The notes beneath the pieces were generated by a model. That model did no database searches and was not told where the DNA came from. It worked only from the letters and a program-made list of their open reading frames with translations. This document shows, in pieces, positions 57,449 to 64,000 of a stretch of 64,000 nt of DNA. Numbering within the stretch: position 1 is the first letter of the stretch; every line of letters starts with the position of its first letter. The DNA lies in assembly GCA_963842085.1 (NCBI GenBank), contig CAWJET010000001.1, forward strand, positions 1,216,001 to 1,280,000, read 5' to 3'. The position numbers were made by a program, and so were the translations under genes. This DNA comes from an uncultured delta proteobacterium. GTDB taxonomy: Bacteria; Desulfobacterota; Binatia; Binatales; Binataceae.

Positions 57449-57593
57449 CTACGATAAGTCTCCAGTTTTTGTATTCCACTGTTCCCTCGTGGCGATCCGC
57501 CAGACGAACGAGTGGTCCGAGCGGCATTGCTTTGCGCAACCTTTGCCAATCGCGTAGATTGCAAATTGCAAGACGAATGGTTTCCGCACTCGA

Positions 57594-59648
57594 ATGACAT
57601 CACCGACCACAGGTTCGAAGAATACCCGCTCGAACGGGAGCAAGCGTACCCTGAGTGACGTAATTATCGGTCCGGCGCGCGATGTCCGTGACCCCCAGAT
57701 CTTCCACAACCTTTCGCTGGTCGCATTTCTGGCATGGGTCGGGCTGGGCTCCGACGGTTTGAGCTCTTCCTGCTATGGCCCTGAAGAAGCTTTCCTGGCA
57801 CTCGGGCACCATCAGTATTTGGCCGTGTTCCTCGCGATGCTTATGGCGCTGACGGTTTTCATCATCTCGGCGTCTTATTCGCAAACGATCGATCTGTTTC
57901 CAACTGGCGGTGGCGGTTACCTGGTCGCGACCAAGCTCCTCGGCAAATATTCCGGCCTGGTCTCAGGATCGGCGCTGGTCGTCGACTACGTGCTGACTAT
58001 CGCGATTTCGATTGCGAGCGGCGCCGACGCAATTTTCAGCTTTCTGCCGGTCGCATGGCTGCCGTACAAATTCTGGGTCTGTCTTTTGGTCGTGGTGTTG
58101 ATGGTGGTGATGAACCTGCGCGGGGTGAAGGAATCGGTGCTGTCGCTGCTGCCGATCTTCCTTGCCTTTATCGTCATGCATGTGTGGCTGGTCGGCTACG
58201 CGATTCTCAGCCGCGCGCCGGAGCTGCCGTCAGTTGTCGGCCACGCCATGCGCGAGGTGCATGCCAGCACGCACAGCCTGGGGATGTTGGCGGTCGCGGT
58301 GATTTTTTTCCGCGCCTATAGCCTTGGCGGCGGCACCTACACCGGAATCGAGGCGGTCAGCAACGGCCTGCCGATTCTGCGCGAGCCACGCACCGAGACC
58401 GGCAAACGCACGATGATCTACATGGCGATCTCGCTGGCGTTCGTTGCCGGCGGAATTCTGCTCGGCTACCTGCTGCTCAACGTAGAGGCGGCCACCGGCA
58501 AGACCCTCAACGCCGTAATGTTCGATCGGCTTGCTTCCAACTGGCAGCTGTTCGGCTTCAGCGTTGGCCCCGGGATAGTCACATTCGCGCTCCTGACTGA
58601 AGGCGCGTTGCTGTTCGTGGCCGCGCAGACCGGATTCGTGGACGGGCCGCGCGTGCTGGCAACGATGGCGTCCGATCGATGGCTGCCGCGACGCTTCGCC
58701 AACCTGAGCGCGCGACTGGTGACGCAGGACGGCGTCGTCACGATGGGGCTGGGCGCGATACTGCTTCTTATCGGCACCGAGGCGAAGGTCGACGTGCTGG
58801 TCGTCCTGTACGCGATCAACGTATTCGTTACGTTCACGCTCTCGCAGCTCGGGATGACGACGCACTGGTGGCTGGAGCGCAAGAACGAAAAGCGCTGGCG
58901 CCGCAAGATGCTCATCAACGGGATCGGGACGCTCTTTACGGCCACCATCCTCATGATCACGCTGACGCTCAAGTTCTACGACGGCGGATGGGTTACCGTG
59001 GTTATCACCGGCGGCATGATTGCGCTCTGTTACGGGGTAAGGCGGCACTACGAACGCGTATCGAAGGCGATCGAGCAGCTCGAGGCCGATATTCTGCCCA
59101 AGCTGTACGCCGCGAAAAGGCACGAACCGGCCAAACGCGATCCCGAGGCGCCCACGGCCGCCATCCTGGTGAGCGGTTACAACGGTCTGGGCCTGGCGAC
59201 CCTGATCGCGGTAACGCAATTGTTCAAGGACGAATTCCACAACGTGGTTTTCATCGGAGTCGGCGAGGTCGACGCAGCCTTGTTGAAGGGTCACGAGGAA
59301 GTCCACGAGCTCGAGAACCGGATGAGCGAAGACCTCAATGAGTATTGCCAGTTCGCGACTGACCTGGGACTTCATCCGGAGTTGCGCGCGGGTCTTGCCC
59401 CCGACGTGGTCGTCGAGTTGCGCCGCTTGTGTCTGGAAGTCGCGCACGAATTTCCACACGCAGTGTTCTTCGCCGGCAAGCTCATCTTCTCGGACGAGAT
59501 GGAAGGGTTCATCGGCCGTTTCCTGCACAATCACACCTCGATGGAACTCCAGAACTGGCTCCAACTCTACGGATACAGTCTTGTGATTCTGCCGATCCGC
59601 GTGGGGATCGGCTCGATGGCGAGAGTGCCAATCTCAAGGGCAGCGTAA
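57594..59648 (+). CDS. APC-superfamily transporter, KimA-like K+ uptake protein
   Basis: SDGLSSSCYGPEE, GGGGY, VDYVLT, NLRGVKES, TGIEAVSNG, LYAINVF; C-terminal soluble domain. Confidence 0.82.
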   Translation: MTSPTTGSKNTRSNGSKRTLSDVIIGPARDVRDPQIFHNLSLVAFLAWVGLGSDGLSSSCYGPEEAFLALGHHQYLAVFLAMLMALTVFIISASYSQTIDLFPTGGGGYLVATKLLGKYSGLVSGSALVVDYVLTIAISIASGADAIFSFLPVAWLPYKFWVCLLVVVLMVVMNLRGVKESVLSLLPIFLAFIVMHVWLVGYAILSRAPELPSVVGHAMREVHASTHSLGMLAVAVIFFRAYSLGGGTYTGIEAVSNGLPILREPRTETGKRTMIYMAISLAFVAGGILLGYLLLNVEAATGKTLNAVMFDRLASNWQLFGFSVGPGIVTFALLTEGALLFVAAQTGFVDGPRVLATMASDRWLPRRFANLSARLVTQDGVVTMGLGAILLLIGTEAKVDVLVVLYAINVFVTFTLSQLGMTTHWWLERKNEKRWRRKMLINGIGTLFTATILMITLTLKFYDGGWVTVVITGGMIALCYGVRRHYERVSKAIEQLEADILPKLYAAKRHEPAKRDPEAPTAAILVSGYNGLGLATLIAVTQLFKDEFHNVVFIGVGEVDAALLKGHEEVHELENRMSEDLNEYCQFATDLGLHPELRAGLAPDVVVELRRLCLEVAHEFPHAVFFAGKLIFSDEMEGFIGRFLHNHTSMELQNWLQLYGYSLVILPIRVGIGSMARVPISRAA

Positions 59649-59899
59649 TTTCCCTCTGAGGCGTTCGACGTAGCCGTTCTGCTATGGCGAGCGGGAGGGT
59701 CGGACGATCGCGGACCCTGCGGTCTACCAAAAGCTCCGAAAGCGGCGAAAAGTCTAGAGTTTTGAGAATCACTGCCTTAGTGTCGGCGCCATGCATAAGC
59801 CCGAGCGATCAATCGTCTCTATGCTTGCCCGTCGATTCCGTAGTCGGGCGGTGGTCGAGCTATAGAATCTCGCGCTCCGCCCTCAACTGCACGTTCTTC

Positions 59900-60047
59900 G
59901 CCGCCAGCGGCCGGGTCGACCGCGGCTGCCTACTTTCGACAGCTTATCTCTGGGTCTTGCGCTACCGACTCTGGCCGCGCTGTTTGGACGCGATGGTGTT
60001 GGTCAAGCCGGCAACGGTAATCCAATGGCACCGGCAGGGATTCCGTG
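59900..60047 (+). pseudogene. Fragment of an integrase-core transposase related to 60930-61964
   Basis: LWPRCLDAMVLVKPATVIQWHRQGFRA vs LFPSVLDAIVIVKPETVLGWHRRGFRA. Confidence 0.65.
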
Positions 60048-60885
60048 CGGCGCTGGCCGACACGTTCGACAGATCGAGTTACGCCAACGGCACTGCGCGA
60101 TTGTTATCGAGCGCGAGCGGCGTCGCGGATTGGAGATCTGCGATCGGCGGAACGCATGGCCCGCCGCGCAGCATTCTGCTAACTCAAATCTCGATGAACC
60201 CCGCCACGCTGCCGAGCCTCACGCTTGTGCACAGCGAGGTTTCCACACCTATCGGGGTTTGAGGCGCAACGCAGATGATGAAGCACCTGCCTCTCTGTTA
60301 TCACGTTGCGTAGGCCGATGCGCCGCTGTAAAAAAAACCAATCGCTAGAACGAGGAAGGTGCCGACCAACAAGAGAGCTGCTTCGATAGCCATTGTTGGA
60401 ATCCTCCCTGTAGAGATTAAAGATTTTCTTACCGCTGAACAACGGATATTGCAATAAGGAACGGGCCAGCGACGGAGGGATCCATTGCCGACCCGAGCAC
60501 CGGTTGCCGTAAGTGTGGCGGCGAGCCTATTGTGCGTTCGTGGGGATAGTGGTGGGGAGTATCTTCCCGCCCAGCGCCAGCGTGGATTCTCCCCTCCATG
60601 CTAGCGCACTTCGTCGCATGATTCCTCATCCCATCTGATTTCGGCTTCGCTCCTGTTTATCCCAGCAAATGAAGCCACCCTCAAATCAAAAGACGCCAGT
60701 CAATGGCTGTCGCGCTGAGATGACGCCAGTACCGGCGTAGGGTCGGGACCTGATCGCCGAGAAGGTTGACGGCGCTGGCCGACACGTTCGCCAGATCGCA
60801 GTGTGCGGGCGCATTGCGAGATCGTCATCCAGCGCGAGCGGGGTAGCGGGCTTGAGATCTCATATCGGCGGAATGAATGAGCGCC

Positions 60886-61980
60886 TGTGCTTCGTCAAAA
60901 CGTCATCCGCGTGACGAAGCTCGGCGAGTGTGATAGTCGAACGCGCAATGTTTGGTTTGCTGACTCGGGTTTTGCGCACGCTGCTGTCGGTGCTTGCTGC
61001 TCGCGGCTCGCGTGAGGCCGAGATCCTCGTCCTGCGCCAGCAGCTATTGGTTCTGAGCCGCAAGGCGCCAAAGCGCGCCCGACTGCGAAACATCGATCGC
61101 CTGATTCTCGTCTGGCTGTCTCGGCTCTTCCCGTCGGTGTTGGATGCCATAGTCATCGTCAAGCCTGAGACTGTGCTGGGCTGGCATCGACGCGGGTTCC
61201 GCGCCTACTGGCGCTGGAAGTCCTGGCGGCGTGGCGGACGGCCCCGGATCGATCGCGAGCTCCGCGAGTTGATCCTCCGTATGAGCAGAGAAAATCCGCT
61301 CTGGGGCGCGCCCCGGATCCATGGCGAACTGCTGATGCTCGGGATCGACGTCAGCGAATCAACCGTTGGACGATACATGGTCAGGACGCGGCGACCGCGC
61401 TCGCAGGGTTGGAAGACCTTCCTGCGCAACCAGGCCGCCGGGATCGCCTCCATCGATCTATTCGTAGTCAGAACCATCTCGTTCAAGCTGCTCTACGGAC
61501 TAGTGATCCTCCACCACGCCCGAAGGCGGCTGGCGAGGATCGCCGTGACCACTAATCCGACCGCAGAATGGATCGCAGGCCAGGTGACCGAAGCCTTTCC
61601 CTGGAGCGAAGCGCCGCGTCATCTGATCCGTGACCGCGACCGTGCGTTCGGATCGGCGTACACCCGGCGGGTTCATGCGATGGGTATCCGCGATCATCCA
61701 ACTGCGGCACGCTCGCCCTGGCAGAACGGACACGTCGAGCGGCTCATTGGCTCGGTTCGGCGCGAATGCCTCGACCACGTCTTGGTGTTCGGCGAAGCGG
61801 ATCTGCGTCGCGTCCTCAAAACCTACGCCGGCTACTACAACAAGGTCCGAACCCACTTGTCGTTAGACAAAGACGCGCCCCACTGCCGACGCACACAGAC
61901 CGTCGGTGCCATCGTCGCAGTGCCGGTTCTCAAGGGACTCCATCATCAATACGTTCGAGTTTGAATTTTGATTATGGACA
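60886..61980 (+). mobile_element. IS481/IS3-like element with TGT...ACA ends
   Basis: Imperfect IR TGTGCTTCGTCAAAA / TGTCCATAATCAAAA. Confidence 0.65.
60930..61964 (+). CDS. Integrase-core (rve/DDE) transposase
   Basis: ENPLWGAPRIHGEL, SIDLF, LIRDRD, SPWQNGHVERLIGSVRRECLD. Confidence 0.9.
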   Translation: MIVERAMFGLLTRVLRTLLSVLAARGSREAEILVLRQQLLVLSRKAPKRARLRNIDRLILVWLSRLFPSVLDAIVIVKPETVLGWHRRGFRAYWRWKSWRRGGRPRIDRELRELILRMSRENPLWGAPRIHGELLMLGIDVSESTVGRYMVRTRRPRSQGWKTFLRNQAAGIASIDLFVVRTISFKLLYGLVILHHARRRLARIAVTTNPTAEWIAGQVTEAFPWSEAPRHLIRDRDRAFGSAYTRRVHAMGIRDHPTAARSPWQNGHVERLIGSVRRECLDHVLVFGEADLRRVLKTYAGYYNKVRTHLSLDKDAPHCRRTQTVGAIVAVPVLKGLHHQYVRV

Positions 61981-62219
61981 GGCCACCGAGACACATGATC
62001 ACGTAGAGCATGATCATCGCCCCGAGCGTGCTCTTGCCAGATTTTTTGGGCGCCGAAAAGATCAGTTCGGAATACAGCAGCCGGCCATCCGCGGTCAGCC
62101 TCAGCGCTTTCGACAGGAAACGTCGTTGCGCGCGGTTTAGTTCGAACGGCTGGTTGGTCTCAGGGTTGCGCAGAACTTAGCCAATGAACGCGATCGGATC
62201 GTGGCGCCAGCGCGCGATG

Positions 62220-62663
62220 TCATTCGGGCTTATCGCCACTGACGACCTCCTCGTCCTTCCCGGCCTGCACTATGGCAAGCGCGAGATCGAACTGCGCGCG
62301 CGTTCCCGACGCCCGGATCGCCATCCTCGATGCCGGTGTCAGGCCCAGTTCACGTTCGTAAGCGAGTTGCGCTTGGCGGAGCTGTCGCAATTCGGTGAGA
62401 AGGCGCCGTGGTTCGCCTTCAGAGTTCGTCACCCCGTTGACGACCAGTTCGGCAAATATGCTCGCACCAAGAATTTCAAACTCAGCCCACGCACGCGCGG
62501 CCGGAATGTCGCTCGGTTCGAGCCATGGCAGCACGCGTCGCATCTTCTCGACCAGCCGTCGCACGCGTCGATGGCGAAGTCTGAGACCGCTAGCCGCTTT
62601 CAAATACAGTCCGGTTCGCGCGCGTCGTACGCCCGAAGCCAGTCTTTCGTCTTGAGCATCCAT
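62220..62663 (-). CDS. P27-type terminase small subunit-like protein
   Basis: GAGG RBS; ELRQLRQAQLAYERELGLTPASRMAI. Confidence 0.55.
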   Translation of the reverse strand: MDAQDERLASGVRRARTGLYLKAASGLRLRHRRVRRLVEKMRRVLPWLEPSDIPAARAWAEFEILGASIFAELVVNGVTNSEGEPRRLLTELRQLRQAQLAYERELGLTPASRMAIRASGTRAQFDLALAIVQAGKDEEVVSGDKPE

Positions 62664-62740
62664 AGGAACCTCTACTCTTCAACTTAGGGGAAAATTTCCC
62701 TGATGCTCTTCGTGAGACAAATCGTGCGACACGCTAAAAT

Positions 62741-63598
62741 ATGAAACGTATGCGACCGATTCAGATCTGGCTTCCGACTCTTGGGCCGAGTCCGAATCTG
62801 AGCGAAGTGGCTCGCGACCGCGACCGCGCGTTCCGGGCTTGGGAAGGCGAGTCGAGCGTTTGGCTGATGCCCGACCTAAACAGGCAGACCCGCTGGGACA
62901 AGGACGGAATCCGAGACTTGGCCATCCCTGCCGAGCGTTTCGATCACTTGGAAGTGTTTCATGTCAGTGAAAAAGGCCAAGTCTCTGGGCCCTCGGTTAA
63001 CGACTATTTCCCGGGAGGGCGGCTAGATGGCTTGCTCCAGGCCTGGCTTAACGTGTGGAAGCTCGGCGGCGTCGCCCTCCATCCCGTGCCAAATCACTTC
63101 GAAATGGAAGTTCCGGAGATCACTTCCAATGGCGTTCGATATCGCAAGAGGAAGATCACTTTAGAGGGCGCACCCTCATTCCCCCTCCACCCTCCAGAAC
63201 CCAATTCGGAAACCTCGGAGCTTCGATGGCCTCCAAGAGGTTGCCCGCCTACGGTTTCTCCGGACGCTGAAATCATGACTCGCCGGTCGCATACCGGCAC
63301 CCACGCCGATGACAAACGCTTGACTCTAGAGTCCGGTGGCATGCTGATGCAATTTCTCCTTAACTGGCCCAAACCCCTCGATAACTTCCTGCCGATCTTG
63401 AGCGGTTTGGACGACCTGTCCTGCCAAGCCATCATGTCGGACATTGCACGAGATAGCCGGCGCGAACAGGAGAGATCGATCATCAAAGTCCGGGAGCTCT
63501 GCTTGCCGACGAGAATTGGCGGAAGGAACTGGCGCGCCCAGTTTCACGGGTATTTGACCGGCAAGGCCAGGCGCAATCGGTTGGACTCGTTTGGCTGA
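62741..63598 (+). CDS. Hypothetical protein
   Basis: 285-aa ORF divergent from the terS-like gene; no recognised motif. Confidence 0.5.
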   Translation: MKRMRPIQIWLPTLGPSPNLSEVARDRDRAFRAWEGESSVWLMPDLNRQTRWDKDGIRDLAIPAERFDHLEVFHVSEKGQVSGPSVNDYFPGGRLDGLLQAWLNVWKLGGVALHPVPNHFEMEVPEITSNGVRYRKRKITLEGAPSFPLHPPEPNSETSELRWPPRGCPPTVSPDAEIMTRRSHTGTHADDKRLTLESGGMLMQFLLNWPKPLDNFLPILSGLDDLSCQAIMSDIARDSRREQERSIIKVRELCLPTRIGGRNWRAQFHGYLTGKARRNRLDSFG

Positions 63599-63811
63599 TG
63601 GCAGTCTTGGTGGCAGTTGTGGTCGGAGAACCTGAAATTAGGAACTAGAAGCGATACCCTGTCGGTACCGAAAACCGGTCTTCTCTTTTAACCAGCCAAA
63701 CTCGCCGGCAAACTTTAGGTTGTTCGCGCGGTCTCGCCGCTGCCCGAAGTGAATGATGTTCCGCCTCTTGGCAATCGATGTTGTGACGGCGCGAGCCCGC
63801 CGCAACGCATT

Positions 63812-63854
63812 CTTACAAGCCGGGGGCGCAGGTTCGAAACCCTGCACCACCCAC
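63812..63854 (+). other. att-like 3' half of tRNA-Val(TAC), slightly degenerate
   Basis: CTTACAAGCCGGGGGCGCAGGTTCGAAACCCTGCACCACCCAC; starts at the anticodon loop, no D-arm upstream. Confidence 0.7.
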
Positions 63855-64000
63855 AGTAGAGTCAGGCGCTTACGAGATTCGGCTCGCTCCCCTCAGTCGT
63901 CTGGTGCTGGTTGGAAATGCGCGACTATCCCCAAAAACATCACAGCTACGGTTCGCGGTTTCGCCCGAATCTACCCTGCTCAAAATGAAGGCTTGCCGAG

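Noticed and set aside
57522-57536. Sigma54 promoter before the KimA-like gene
   Set aside because: CGGCATTGCTTTGC has GG-N9-GC spacing, not N10.
58230-59564. Long antisense ORFs (also 25011-25991, 47534-48418, 36303-37052)
   Set aside because: Shadow frames opposite well-supported genes in GC-rich DNA; no motifs.

Overview
GC-rich bacterial accessory region (about 60% GC by eye), probably from Candidatus Binatota or a related lineage; this rests on gene style and a 'VGWYLMVPP...DDPRLK' family ORF. It has four blocks. (1) 1-4.9 kb: a TolC-family gene, a small basic DNA-binding-like protein and mobile-element debris. (2) 4.9-31.5 kb: an envelope/periplasmic cluster (DUF2950, DUF3300, PqiBC, FadL-type barrel, two paralogous barrel-like proteins, DUF3313, DUF2092, DUF4410, OmpA lipoprotein, arylsulfatase, several lipoproteins) built around a receiver + GAF kinase + FixJ-type regulator operon. 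An 18-bp palindrome, ATTGGAC-N4-GTCCAAT, occurs about 10 times in seven intergenic regions and defines a candidate regulon. An IS3 carrying a nested IS110 interrupts the block. (3) 32.8-48.8 kb: stacked integrative elements, namely a tyrosine-integrase/MOBF element with an ImmR/ImmA-like switch and its own operator, two large serine recombinase modules, tRNA 3' fragments (fMet, Ser) and a frameshifted IS5. (4) 49-60 kb: a two-component system followed by an Amt/PII operon containing four small membrane proteins (three missed by the ORF track), a TPR protein, DUF1646, a GAFTGA-less AAA+ regulator, a USP and a KimA-like K+ transporter. The window ends with an IS481-like element, a terminase-small-subunit-like gene and a tRNA-Val fragment. 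No intact tRNA, rRNA or CRISPR array was seen. All family assignments come from motif recognition by eye, not database searches.
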